Part shown: piece after piece, positions 1 through 14,822 of the stretch
Layout of the letters: every line of letters starts with the position of its first letter
How positions within the stretch are numbered: the stretch's first letter is position 1
NCBI GenBank assembly: GCA_026023565.1
Contig: JAPETS010000003.1
Location: 868,001 to 932,000, forward strand
Reading direction: 5' to 3'
Source of the DNA: Cirrosporium novae-zelandiae
Taxonomy: Eukaryota
Length of the DNA stretch: 64,000 nt
Position numbers and translations under genes: made by a program
Notes under the pieces: model-generated
The model's input: only the letters and a program-made list of their open reading frames with translations
Told to the model about the DNA's origin: nothing
Database searches by the model: none

Positions 1-1152
1 ATTCGGCGAACTTTTGCTACAACAGCCAGACAGCAAAAGAATGGTATGTATATATATCCTCTATAACGCAGTATCTAACAATCCATTTATTAACCATGAA
101 TCCTTATTTCTCTAGGCGCTGTCCCCACATTCACACCCACCTCCTCCGTCGAGCTTGATTCCATCCTCTCCTCCTATCGTTCTAAGGTCTTCCTCCCCGC
201 TCATCTGAACACGGCCCATCGCGACCTAATCTATAAGACCAAAAACAGCTCGGCTATAACCACTGAACCTATGATTATCACCGTTGCCCATGAGGACTTC
301 CAACTTGAGCCTCTCAATAAGCTTAACGAACCTAGCTCCCGGAAGGCCCTAAAAAAGATATTACCTCTGATGAAAGATCCCATGGATTGGAGGAACTTGT
401 CAAGTTTGCTGGCGGGCTTGAAGACTGCGAGCCGATACCCAAAAAAGGGACAGCTGGTTCAGATGGCACGGAAGGCGAATGAAGCTGGCATGCAAAACAT
501 AATCCTCAATTGTGCTAGGCAGGTGACAAAGACTGGTTTCCGACTAAAAGACAGGGAACTCGTGTGGGAAGTAATATTTGGCGCACATCTTAAGGGCCAG
601 CAATCTGGATGGGATGAAGAGGGCACCAAGAAAGCACTCACTGAGGCAGAGCAGGTGCTATATCTACTCGAAGAAGAAAAACATTGTGGCGGGAGTGTGT
701 TCAGTGACAGGGATCCGAGGATACAGCCAGAGATTGTTGGTCTAGCACTTGAACTCGCAGCTGCGCGCGCTACTAAGCATGCAAATGGCGAAGACGCAGA
801 TGATAAAGTGGAAAACTACGCTGCTAAGCTTATGACCTTGTGGCGGAACCCACTACTCCAATTATCCAAAGATAAATATATCGCGAATAGAAACTTGACT
901 ATGTGGGCACCAGTGTGGAACGGAATGAGGATGTCAATCAACATCCTCGACAAGAAACTTTCTGGGGCTCAGGGCAAACACCAAAAGGTTACCCCAGGCC
1001 TTGGGAAGCTGGAAGACTGGCTGAAATTAATGATCCAAAGGGCTAGTAAAGAGGTGGAACCCCTCTTATTAGAGTCGAGAAAGGTTGTTCTCGAGACAGC
1101 GGCAGGGAAGCCAAGGAGGGGCCTCGAGATTTATGATGCATTATTGAAATAG
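1..1152 (+). CDS. Conserved fungal hypothetical protein, probably mitochondrial (5' end outside window)
   Basis: Exon reading IRRTFATTARQQKN (presequence-like), intron 44-115 (GTATGT...TAG), then an open frame GAVPTFTPTSS... to TAG at 1152. No domain recognised. Confidence 0.7.
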
Positions 1153-1492
1153 AGCAGGGTTGAGCGTGCATTGCGAAAGTCTGTGTGAATCATGGTTGAA
1201 TGTGCATGTACAGTGTCCTGGAAGATTCAGGCTGAAATCCGGCCCAATTGTCTAGACGCACTATTACCATCAAATGCACATCCTGGGCTGGTGGAGCCAG
1301 CTCTCTGCGATCTGATAACACGCCTCGGCCCTCTTTGCTGCCAGCTTCTATTACCGCGTGTATCTCCTTACGTGAATAGGTACCTATATAAATACCATGA
1401 ACGCCAATGAAATCTAAAAGTCTTTTCGGAATCATTACTCTTCGTTCCATACTATCGCTGAAATGCAAAAGGAAAGACTACTTTTTTCGCCA

Positions 1493-3367
1493 TTAAATCT
1501 CTGACAATCCATTATCGTTTCCGAGCGTCCCCAGAATCCCAAGGTTAACCTCTCTGTCAATAACTGCCGGTCCTTGAACGATTACCTGATTGTATTGTTA
1601 GTACAACATTCAGTCAACGCAAGAAAACATCAGCTTACCTCTCCCTTCGGATCTTCCTCGTCCGTGGTTTTATATTCACCCTTATCCTTAAGTAGAATCT
1701 CAACGCTGCTTAAAGGTGCTCCAAAGTATCCCTTTGACCCCGTTGGCTGACGACGATAGTCAAAGCAATGTGTTTGGGCTATAGCACCAGCAACTTTGCC
1801 GGAAGTGAGAGCATATATAATTCGAGTATCTAGAGCAGCTCTGAGGTTGGATAGAGCGTCGGGGTTTAGCGAGGGCTCTAATTCAGTGGATGATCGTTTA
1901 GATATGAGAAGCAGCCGTAGTTTATTAACGGCCTTTGCTACGGCTGCATCTGTCGCAACTAAAGTGGCCAAGACGCTTGAACTAGGCATATATCCAGCAT
2001 CAAAAGAATGCTGTTGCAATCTCCTTTGCATTTTATGAACGAGGCTTGAGCCTTGTTTCTCAAGTTTGGAGTGAACGTTGGCTATGGTGCTAGCGGAAGC
2101 GACGACGACAGTGGGCTCCAGTGATGATATGGCTGCTAGAAAATCGGTATCGGGTCCGGACACAGAGTTAAGTGCGATAGAGCAGTTCGAGAATAGGGCA
2201 GCCATAGTAAGGGTGAGGGGATAGGAGTAAGAGAGTGAGTCTATGGGCAAGAAAAGGTCAGAGGAGTTGAGGCGTTGGTTTCGTGGAAGAGCAGCCATGA
2301 GAGCAGCGATTGCGGCTACAAGATTCTGTGGGAAATAAGCATCTAGGCTTTTCTGCAACAGTGGATTTTTATGAGACTAACCTTTTGAGAGAACGCAAAC
2401 AGCTGACCAACCTCCTTTTGACTGGTAGTCCAAAAAGCCTCAAGAGTCGGGAGAGTGTTCTCTTTGCTGTTCTGTGGTAATTCAGCGGAGGTCTGCTCTT
2501 TTAAATCCTCCACTACCTCATGCCATGCAGAGACGTCGATTTTACCCTCCATATGACTCGGTGTTTCACCCCAGGGTATATGACGACTACCTTCCTTGAC
2601 AACCCAGATTACTTGCTTGATATTTGGATATTCTTTAGCTACCGCAGACAGCTCCACTGTACCAGCCTCCGCGACGAGAACTTCCACCTTGGCAAGCCCG
2701 AGGCGTGGAATAAGATGTCTCGAGGTTGGTTCATATGGGAGGAGGATGGTGCAGAATCCGTAAAACGATCCAGCTATCTACATATTAGCACTTAGTTTAG
2801 GAATATGTTGTTTGAATGCTGACCAAATATGGTTGCCAACAATTCAACAGAGTTCGAAAGCCAGACAGCGACACGTTGTCCACCATGGGCCTGAATATGC
2901 TGCCCGATTACGTTGATCTCTTTAGAAATATCATTCAGGTTTTGCTCCCGTACTTTCTGAGATCCAAGTACTGTTATGATCTTTCCCGGAGAGCCCTTTG
3001 GCTCCCCTTTCTGGTCTGTAGGACCCCTAACAGCTTGTCGCCAAACATCTCTTAGATCTCCATCTTTCCCCCCACTCCATTTTGGAGCTCCGGGATCTTT
3101 GACATTTAGTCCAGTGCGCAGAGGATATCCTGGTGGAACTTCTAAAGACCTGTAAACAGCTGAATAGCCAGGTTGCCTCACATAAGACGCTGCGGCTTGT
3201 CGCGCAAGAAGGAGTGGATGAATATCAGGTTCTTTTCCGGAAAACCATGGGTAGACGATGAATAAGCAGACAACTGTCGCGATTATTGTAGTGTAGATGT
3301 TCCAATCTGCGAAAAGCTCGTTGAGCTTCCCGTCAAGGGTCTCTATCAAATTTTGATCGGTCCCCAT
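1493..3367 (-). CDS. AMP-binding (ANL / acyl-CoA synthetase-like) protein with N-terminal membrane anchor
   Basis: Joins ORFs 2792-3388, 2343-2687 and 1630-2358 plus a last exon VIVQGPAVIDREVNLG...SEI*. Has a TM segment IIATVVCLFIVYPW and the motifs SAVYRS, RVAVWLSNSVE and FGAPLSSVEILLKD. Confidence 0.7.
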
Positions 3368-3921
3368 AATTTTTTGGTGTTTCGACAATTTATTTATTGT
3401 TTGTTTTCCCTTAGTCGGAAATCAGTCGCAAAGGCCGTTTTTCTAAACTGTGAGCACTGGAGATGACGGAGGTCACGGAGACGGTGGGGCAGTTGTGGGG
3501 GGGGTAGAGTTGAGTACTTGTGCTGGTGGGTGTCGAGGGGGGTGTCGGTGGTTGTCGGATCCGGGTTCAAATGGAATGTGAAATTGGCTTCCGTGCCCCC
3601 CTCGAACACTTGAACACCCCAGCCACATTTAACCAACGACATTTTAACAATAAACAAATCCCCCAATTTATTAAGTACAACGCTGATAAAACGACGACAA
3701 ATCGACTACTAACCATGAAATTTCACCCATAGGACACAGATACTTTATACATGCTTTAGAGCAAGGACCCTTATCGCTCATTTCTTATTCTCTTTTCATC
3801 CACAATATCATTTTCTTCCCCTGTATTAACATCCCCTGACAACAACAGCTCTTAGCCCAAGCTTCCTCCAAACTTGGCTTCTCGTTGCCATTTGGCAGTT
3901 ACCCACAGTAGCAGTACGCAA

Positions 3922-4859
3922 ATGGCTTCTAGATCTTTAACTGCTGCTGCTACGCCTTCTCCGAAGCTATATTCAACATGTACAACAGCTACTCCTTCAC
4001 CGGGAAACTGGCGACATCCTAAGTTTGACGAGATCACGCGTCGACAGAATGCTTCGACCTTCAACGAAAAGCATATGAGGAAAATCCTATGGAATACCTC
4101 TGCTCTAATAATATCATTTATTTTGGGGCCATTTATCATTGCCTAGTAGGATTTCACTGACGGCTTCAATCTGATCAATTGGCTAACCTTCTCTGAAGCA
4201 TCTCGTACATCCCAGTATTAGGGTCCAACTCACACTCTGTCGTTCCCTATCTGTTAAATGCAGCCCGTCTATGCCTCTGTCTCAATATCACATCAGCACT
4301 GCTTCCCCTTTTCCGAAATCCTGATAACTTGTGTGACATCCCCTTGACACCTTCTCAACGTGCTCTCCTTGGACTCGACCCTAAAACATCATCTGTACCT
4401 ACTCCAGGAACAGTGTATGTCACACCACCGCGCTATCCACGTTCTTCAACCCCGCGAAGTGGACCTTCTGGAGGCCGAAGTACTAGCTATTCTACATCGC
4501 CATTATCGGGGAAAGGAAACCTAGCCTTGGGAAAAAGTATTGGAGTCCCAGGATTCTCGCCTGCCGCCAGCCCATTGTTGCAGAAAGCTATGGGCAGCAG
4601 CACCAGAGATTCAAGTAGAAGACATAGTTATGGGTCGCCTTCCCCCATAAGATTTGGGCTGAATGAGAAAGACTCGATGGGATTGAGTAAGAGGGATTCA
4701 ATGGGACTTAATGGGAGAATTTCGATACTTGCAAATACCCCAAGTCCGGTTAGTCCAAGTCCAAGTGGAAGCAAGGGAGCAGGCATGGGTCTCCCAAGTC
4801 GTTGGTTGTATGAAAAAGGACGAAATAGGTCGAACAGCCGTGGCCTATCTGATTGGTAG
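3922..4859 (+). CDS. POM34: Nuclear pore transmembrane protein Pom34 (NPCC domain)
   Basis: TPSPGNWRHPKFDEITRRQ motif, two TM segments, DIPLTPSQRALLGL motif and an S/P-rich tail ending in SRWLYEKG; one intron. Confidence 0.85.
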
Positions 4860-5554
4860 ATGTTTACACTAATAAAAGATACCCAACCTGGCGTTCTACT
4901 ATTTGACTGTTCGAATAAGCTCTTACCCCAAATCAGGTCTGATGAAGTTGGAAGTTCTCAATATTGTATAAAATGTTCTACTAGTGAACCTTTTCACTTG
5001 GGTGTTATTATTTCCCGTGACTTGTGATGTGAAACCAAATCCAATGGTCATTTTCTGGTGTGGTTACCTAAATGTAGCGCTGAGTTTCATACTCCGGTCC
5101 AATAATATATCATTAATTGCCATCTATTATTACTGACAAACCTGGAGACTCGTAATAGTTCAGCCCTACTTTAAAGGAGAAATAGTTACAATGTATTGTT
5201 GTTGAAAAGGTGTCGTTGGCCACTGACGTAGGAAATCGAAAGAGGAACATTTGTTCTGTTTGCATCTCTATAGCTACAGCTTACCCAAAGTTACAAAGGA
5301 GAATTCACAGCGGTAAAGGTATCTATACCGCTCGCGAAAGTTCCTCGAAACTGAGATCTATCCTACTATCTTATTATCCAATCCGATTATTCTCCAGTGG
5401 AATTTCCTCGGTCGTGGCGACTACCGACAATTTGAGAACAGCGCAGGTGGGAGGGGGAAATGCGCCAGAGTAGCCCAGGACTCGTTGATGGAAAGCCTAA
5501 GAATACAAAACTGAATCACCTGCGAATACTGGTCCATGAATCTGTCAGTCAATC

Positions 5555-8500
5555 ATGGGAGCATCAGAAAGCAAATTAGTCTTCAAACAGGGGATCTTTC
5601 GCCTGTCCGAAGGCGAGGATATCTCCCCAGATGACCCTTACTGGGCCCAGGTAAGCCGCACTACCGTAAAGAGTTGAAAAAGGCAATTATGTTGTTGTGA
5701 TTAACATTTACTCAGTTTTGGACTTTACCTGAGACTGCCGAAGATGTTTTCAGTCTCTTCTCCCCAGTGGATATTCGCCGTGCCCGAGACACCTCCTTAG
5801 CCAACTTCGAGACCTTAATATCAGGTATCACCGCTCGACTCGTCCTCTTAAAAAACCACCCTTCATTCCCTGATCCAGAACTGGCACCTGATAAGGAGGC
5901 GCTTAATTGCATACGAATCTTGACCCGTTTACTTCCCTACATCTATGAAGCTGAACATCTCGAAAGATGGGAGGAGCATTTCTTTTGGACTGCTCGGAAG
6001 AAGAAAACCAGAAAGGCAGAGATTGCGCGCACAGAAGTCTTATTCGATGATACTCTACCGATTGATGCTGCACCAAATAAGGAGTCGGATGAGAATTTCC
6101 AAGAAATCTGCCCATTGATGGAGGAGTTGATAGACACTTTGATAGACCTATTGTTCTACGCCAACTTTACCATCCCACGATCACAGACAAGCAAAAGTAA
6201 AGTTAACTACTCAATATGGCAAAGTGGAGTTGGTTGCAACACTTCAATAGGTAGCAGCAAGGAGTTTGAAAGTAACAGATCTGAGATTTTACGGCTTCTG
6301 CTTACAATTACTAGCAAATCCATGTACATGCATGCAAGTATGGAAATCAATCCATGCATTGCCCTCTTACATCAAGAGACTAACAGAACGACGCAGATAT
6401 TCTACCGGTCCAAGGCGTCAAGGCTTTAACCTATCTTGTGACTTGTCCAGACAAGGCAACGGTTTTATCAGTACTTTGCTCTTTACTGAACACTGTAAGG
6501 AACACTTATACATATATCAATCATACCCAGCTAATTTTCGACAGACAATCAAGTATAACCCAGCCAGCTGGCGGCTTCCTTATGATCATGTTGTACTCAA
6601 GGACCCGAAACAGATTCTCGTTGTCTATTGCCTGCAACTTCTTTTGGTTCTATTGCTCTATCCAATTCCAGAGGAGGGCCATGGACCAGCTCCTAAAAAC
6701 TTCTACCGACACTTTCTTGGGAGACTACATAGACCACAAGACTTTCAATTCCTCGTAGATGGTATGATGAGAATACTGAATCAACCGGTCAGTACTCTTA
6801 CGCATCCAGTTTTCTCCGTCCTCATTACAGTTTTAGATGCATGCAAACACTTCATATCTTCCTGGAAGCCAAAAATCTCTTCGATGGGCTCCAGAGATGA
6901 TTATGCTCTTTTGGGAGATGTTACAATCTAACAAGCGATTCCGATCCTTTATCATTGACACCAATCGATCGCGAGATTTTGTTATCCTAATCCTGTTTTA
7001 TGCTCTGGAGCACAAAACTGACCCAACTCAACAAGGTGTAGTAAGGATGTGTGTCTTTGTTCTCCAGACCTTGAGCGTTGAACCAAACTTTGGGAAGGGG
7101 TTGAACAAAATATTTGAAGGCCATAACTCCCTTCCCGCAAGTATAAGAATCCCGAACTTTACGGGGTCATACGCGGATTATCTTATAATCGTGAGGATTC
7201 CAGTCCAATAACTTATTTATGGCGCTAATATATCTTAGTCAATACACACTCTAATGACAGCCAGTAAAGGGAAGCTAGATGCTATATATCCTGCTCTACT
7301 AGCAGTAATTAATAACATTGCTGCCTATGTTGAACGCCTTAGTCACACAGCTAGCTCAAAGCTGTTACAACTATTTGCATCCATGTCCTCTCCCAGTTTC
7401 TTGCTTGCGAATGAGACAAACTATACACTATTACAGTCCCTTTTGGAATCATTAAATGCCATCATAGAATATCAATACATCAGTGAGTTTAGCACCAATT
7501 ATGGTAATAGTTATATTCTAACAACCACAGATAACCTAAATCTGGTGCTTGCAATAATCCGTTCCAAGAGACGATTCGAAGCTCTTAGGTCTTTCAGCCT
7601 TAAAAGTGGCCAAGAGGAAATTGCACGCCTTGCACAACATAGGAAAGATCGTCTGTCCAACTCTGACAATGTGTCCTCCCGCAATGGATCGCTTGATAGT
7701 CTAAGAAGTCCGGCTATATCACGAGCAGGGACCCTCACTGATGTTCCCGAGGAAAGTGGGGGTGCATTTGCAATCGGCGACGATGATTCTGATGAAGAGA
7801 GTGAACGGGCTACTACACCCCCTCATGTTCCCGTGTACGCTAACTCACGGACGCCATCCGTTTCATCATCAGTCGATGACGCGGTTCCACTCCAACTTCG
7901 AGGAATGTCAGAGAAAGCTAGGGGCAAGATGCCTATCGGACAGATGTCTTTTTCCCGACAAAATAGCTCTACGAGCCTCGGGAGCCATGTAACGATGCTT
8001 CAAACTAACGGGACTGGATTCGAGCCTTCGGCACAATGGGTCAGTGATTCTAATCAGGCGTCAAAATGTCAATGCTAACTCCTTTCCAGGTTGAGACATG
8101 GATACCCGAGCTACCGCTACATACTCTTTTAACTCTCATAGCCGAGTTATCACCTAAATTAGCATCAGGTAGTTCTAGATCGGCAGAGATATCTTCAACT
8201 CTCGAAATTCTTCGCAATACTCCCCTCTCAGGAATCGATCCGTCGCCAATTCGGGTACATCTATTCGAGTGGTCTCCGCTTTCGATGGGGTGGTACGAAT
8301 CATTACTTTGGGGTTTCATCTTTACGGGAGAAATGGTAGTTGCAAACGGGACGCTGGGCGTATGGAATGGCACGATGATCAAGCTGTTCAAAGTTCAGGA
8401 AACGGCAGCCCAAGGTCCCACTCTGATGGCTCCAAGAGGTGCTGTTGATGCTGTGGGCAGCAATATTGTCAACAGGATTGGAAGTCTCAACCTTCGCGGA

Positions 8501-8557
8501 AGAGGTCAAGAGCAGAATGGAGAAGGCAATGGGCGCACAGGGGTGAGAGAGATTTGA
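5555..8557 (+). CDS. HID1: HID1/Ecm30 family Golgi protein
   Basis: Starts MGASESKLVFKQGIFRL (myristoylation-type Gly2). Motifs ALNCIRILTRLLPYIYE, YSIWQSGVG, LHRPQDFQFL and VWNGTMIKLFKV lie across several exons. Confidence 0.9.
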
Positions 8558-9042
8558 TATTTTACTACTATAAGACTTGCTAGTTAATGGATGAGGGTTA
8601 TGAATAACTCGTTAGTGTCTACATGTTACTGCACTTAATTTTTAGTATAATATTGCGATTTGCTTCTAGAAATGTTTTCGATATCTACGCTCTAAAGATA
8701 TATAAAGGACAAATGCAAGGACTGGTCTGGATGATGAATGACGATAATTACTGAGACTGTTAAAGTTAGTAAACAGACGGTGAACTCGATCGCGACTTTG
8801 CCGAGTACCTCGGTTCGGGGATGTCGCTATGACCGCCTGTGAAGACAAGACCCCATGGGGAAGACGCGATTACATTTACTAGTCAGACGGATCTGAAAGA
8901 TGTAAAACCTTCGTTGCTGTGTCTTTCATGAGAACGGACCTTGATACAAGATACACAACTCTTCTTTCACTCTCCATAACCATATCCCTCCATCACTCAT
9001 AATAAACAAACTCCATTCCCCCCCCTGACTTAGCTATCAAAT

Positions 9043-10334
<1,292 letters not shown>

Positions 10335-11595
10335 ACCATCCTGCATAATTTTTGCTGCTAGAAAGTTAAGACTTAAGACTATTTTTTTTTTAGTTGGAGC
10401 ACTTTTGTAGGTTGTTTGTTATTGCAATCTAGGGGTTTTAGAATACTAGTATACATGTGTGTGTGTGTGTCCAAGACAAGGTGATCATGCATTGATTCCC
10501 AGTATAGCTACAAACTAATCACATTATTTGATATGACTATATATCTATATTATATCCCCCTATTCTTACAACATATAAGTAACCCATACAACTACCATTT
10601 ATTACTTTTGTTCTTGGAAGTTTTGAAAGAATATTTATAATAAACAAAAAAAGATTTAGAAATTATATATAATCCTATGTCGCTTTTTTTGTTTTCAAAT
10701 TTTAGATCCTCGGGTTTCTTTTTGATACTGAATAGATATACGATGCGAAATGGACTTATTGATCGATTTCTGTTGTGCCTCACTTTCTTGGAGGGGAAGT
10801 GGTTCCCTACTTTTCATTAACACTAGCTTTAGTTCATTATTTGTTTGTTTATTATAAAAAAGCTCTAGTTACTTGGTATCTGCGTGTATGTGGTTTCTTA
10901 ATGAATTGAAACAGAAAAAAAAAAAGAAAGGGTTAGTGTTTAAATCACTTTGATAGTTAATATGTCTTACTACCCCCCCTTAAAAAAAGCGGTGCCTAAG
11001 CTAGGATAATTAAAAACGCGTAATAATCCCATGTCGAAAGGATCATATATTCAAACATAGATGACAAAAAAATAAAATAAAAGGGTGTAGATAGTCAATA
11101 TAGTGGAGAGAGACTATGGGGGGGGGGAATTAGTATGAAGTTGGTATGGACCCGTATAGCATTGATAGAAACCGAAGACTAACAAGGCTCATGTAGGATG
11201 AAATACCAAGGTTAGGCTGAGAAGAATTGATCAAATTGCTGTACGGAATCTATCTCTACAGTAGACGGATTGGTGGTGCCACTCCTTATAGGTTATGAAC
11301 CATGTATGCTCTCATTCATTTATTTTTGGGCCTAGCTTTCAGAGTCTATCTAGAGAATCTAGAGAATTTTTTTTTGGAAAAATAAAGCAAAAGGGGAAGT
11401 GCTGATATCCTCCTTGATGGCCTGGTTGCTAGAGTACGTGCCGTGATAATCGATCTTGATGTCGATGACCTCTCTAGGTAGAAATTTCATTTGTAAATAG
11501 GGCAGGACATTTGTTGCTTGCGAGAATGCGAATAGGTCACTTTGGCGACCCTTCTAGACAACATTCATCGTTTAGCTCATCAAAAATGTACCGCA

Positions 11596-12927
11596 TCAGG
11601 ACCATTTAACGATGACCACGCCTCCTCTTCCCCCACTCAATTCCTTGACATTCTCGAGCTTTTGCGCTTTGTCATTCAATTCCTTGCTCGGGAATGTTGT
11701 CATGAGAACCCAGGGACGCGATCTGGTAATGGGACTTGCTGAGCCGACAAAATCGTAGACGTCGCCAATCGTGTGTGTGGTGTTAAAGCGGGCAGGGAGA
11801 CGCGTGCCATCTGGAAGGCGGACCTGTAGGGAGACGGTGGGAGTGTCAGGGTTTAGAGTGGGGGTGTTGGCACCTGCAGATGGTTGGTTGGGAGTAGAAA
11901 CAGACGGCGAGGTCATAGAAGTTGAGGATGAAGATGTCGCAGTTGCTGGAGCATGCGACACGATTCCTGGAGTTGGGCTTCCCAATCTTTGACCCTGCCC
12001 CGAAAATGGCATGTACTTCTTCTTCGGCGCCACATACTTTTCTTCGTGCTCCATTAGCCGCACATCAACCTCTTGATCCGGTCGCACGTTCAAAAGCCCT
12101 AATGGCGCTCGCCCTTGTCGAATATTTGTAAGGATTTCAGCATTGCGAGGATCGTCAAGACGATGTAAGGGACCGTCGTCCACACTGAAGCCGTCAGCCC
12201 AGAAATGCAAGGTTCGTTCGACGCGGGGTGGTGGGGCAGTCCGTGAGGAGGTGGAGTCGGGGATCATGCGGCTAGGAACCTCGTCACCCCCGAGAGTGTG
12301 GGCTGTGCCAGTGAAATGCGAGGGAGGTTGTGTTGGGGCATCACCGCCGGGACGAGGGACGGCTTTCTTGGCTCTTTCAATGATCTTTCGCTTCAAGTCA
12401 TCGGGATTCTGTACCGCGAGGCCAGATTTCTCCCCACCTGCAAACAGGTCCTGAGGATCATAGTCTGGATCGTCATCATCGTCATCATCGTGACTATGTC
12501 CAGCGTGGGCAGAAGAGCTTGAGACATCATTAAGGGTCGCGAATTTCTTCTTCTGTGCGGGGCGGTTGCTTGATGACCTAGAGCTCTCTAAAGCGGGGAC
12601 AGGTCTACCGTCGAGAGTGCGTTCATATGGGGCTTCATTATCAGGACCTGAGCTCTGTCCTCGTTGAGGATGAGAGGGTCTGCTAGGACCAGGAGTTTCT
12701 TCTTCGGCGGCGCCTTCTTCGAGAGATGTATAGTATTCTGCAGCAGCGCTTGATAAGTCCCACTGATTTGTAACAAGGTATTGCTCGGCCTATTTTGAGC
12801 ATGGTGAGCAAGATATATATATTTTTTATAAAGGAACGAGAGTAGTAATTAGATAGGTACTTGCCTCATGGGCAGCCACACCAGTAAGACTGCAGAACTG
12901 GGTGATGAGGGCATCATGGTCGGCCAT
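11596..12927 (-). CDS. SHP1: Shp1/Ubx1 (p47) Cdc48 cofactor, UBA-SEP-UBX
   Basis: N-terminal UBA (ITQFCSLTG...AEQYL...WDL), FAGGEKSGLAV, SEP domain (LHFWADGFSVDDGPL), SHP box FSGQGQRLG, UBX domain (RFNTTHTIGDV, TTFPSKEL). Confidence 0.93.
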
Positions 12928-13407
12928 GTTTGTTGACTATTTAATATTTAAGGGTTGGGGATATCAAGAACTGTTTCAAGGATGTGTAGGCAATGGAGAA
13001 AACAATTATCCTCAAAAGTAGAAATTTGAAGAATTAATTAGTTTATTGAGAGAATGTAAAAAGGTACTGCGGTTTGGTGATTATGTTTGTTAGATAATCC
13101 AAGCACCTAGGCAGGTCCCTCTCTACGTCAGTCGGCATTTATAGGATCCCAATTCCGATAATTATCTTCATCTTTCACTTTAGTTACTTTCCATTATTTG
13201 GATGCTTCGTGGCTTGTATGTTGTAAAGTATGTATACTGTGTACATCAATCCTAATTCAAAAACACCTTATTAATCTCAACCAGCTACCTTTACATGAAC
13301 CACACATAATTACTACCTTCTCACTGCTCTAACCCACCCCTCCCCCAAACCATCATCCCTCTCATTCCTCTCAATGCGTACTACCATCCTTTCCCTACTC
13401 TAAAACA

Positions 13408-13933
13408 ATGGCCTCCGAATCCTCCATGACTATCCATTCCGACAGCGAAAACTACTCCGCCAATAATGAACTCTCACCGTCACCACCTACTTCCTCCAAT
13501 TCGCCTATCATTCTCTATAAGCCTCCAACGTTTTGGGGCATTGTGAGGGGTGCTGCTATTAATCTGTTGCTTCCTTTTATAAATGGAATGATGCTGGGAT
13601 TTGGAGAATTATTGGCTCATGAGGCCGCCTTTCGATTAGGCTGGCAAACCACAAAGGTTCGCCTAACGATTATATCTCTACTTCTATGCATCTACTTCGT
13701 TCCGCTATGCTACCCTTAGTCTATTTTGAAATTGCATTGCTCCCCTGTGTAAAATATTGCTACTTCCATCAAGCTTTATTTCGAACCAATACCTGACCTT
13801 GTCTTGCAATTAGATATTCCCAAACCACCGAGTTAGCACACCTATAGGCCCCGGGATTGAAGTCCAGGATAACCCAAGTCGAAGCCAGAGAAGAGATGGA
13901 ATGGATTTAGACGATATAACGGCTTTGGAGTAA
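13408..13933 (+). CDS. MIM1: Mitochondrial outer-membrane import protein Mim1/Tom13
   Basis: AINLLLPFINGMMLGFGELLAHE..FRLGW signature; intron 13657-13813; exon 2 reads IFPNHR...ITALE*. Confidence 0.92.
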
Positions 13934-14822
13934 ATGTAGGGGCGAGCGAGTATCCACACACATTCTTTTGGCAGCCACGGACCCTTGTCACAGGATAGAG
14001 CGGATAGCAAGTGAAAGACCGGGTCCAGGTGTCTATTGGTGCTACTGTACATGATAAAGAACAATGAAGTAAAAACATCTAGAGTTATAGATGCCATGTG
14101 TCGATATATAAATCGAAGGCTCAAAATCACGTGTTGGGGATGCTAAAGTTGTCTTTCATCCGAACAACCTCTACATTTTACCATTCTTGCAGTACCGGAC
14201 AATAGAGCCAGGAACAATATGATTAATGAGGGAATGCAACGATAATTTACTGTGTATATTTCAAGTCGATATAATTTTCGCTCCTATGGACTCTAACGAT
14301 CGCTTGCTTCCATTCTCCTTGCAATAGAGAAACGCTGCTTGCCCTCGCCCGACGGATGACCCCTTTGGATACCCACCACCTTGAAAGTCGTCAATTTGTA
14401 TGGTGTATGAGATCGTTCTCATTAAGGGGGCTAGTTTCTAAAACAGAGGGACTCACCCGTGCCTGGGACATAAATATAGACGACAAGCAGGATTAGAGGG
14501 GTTTTATATTCTAGAAATATAAATATATTCAAGGATTTATTGTCATTAGCATATTTTAACATTCATTTATTTAAGATACCTAGATGATGCATCAATAGAT
14601 AGAGTGGTAATAACTCCAGTCATTAACGGTAATTCGATTCATACTCTGAGTTGGGTTAGCCTCTCATGTCTCTTCCACTCCCGGCACCCGCGACTTCTCC
14701 GGATCGTCAACTTTTTTTTCTATTTGATAGATAGCCTAGAAAGTCCTTGATATCACTTATCGTTTATAAATATTCATCTCCTTCTTCCCTCTAGCAGAAA
14801 TTAAACCAATCTCCTCTCCATC

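Noticed and set aside
10380..11540. AT-rich stretch with homopolymers and a (GT)n tract as a transposon relic
   Set aside because: No terminal repeats or coding remnants; consistent with ordinary convergent intergenic DNA.
14381..14455. GAAAGTC ... ACAGAGGGACTCA as RNase MRP/P conserved regions
   Set aside because: The two motifs are only about 60 nt apart and do not form a proper P4 helix; kept only as an unassigned structured region.
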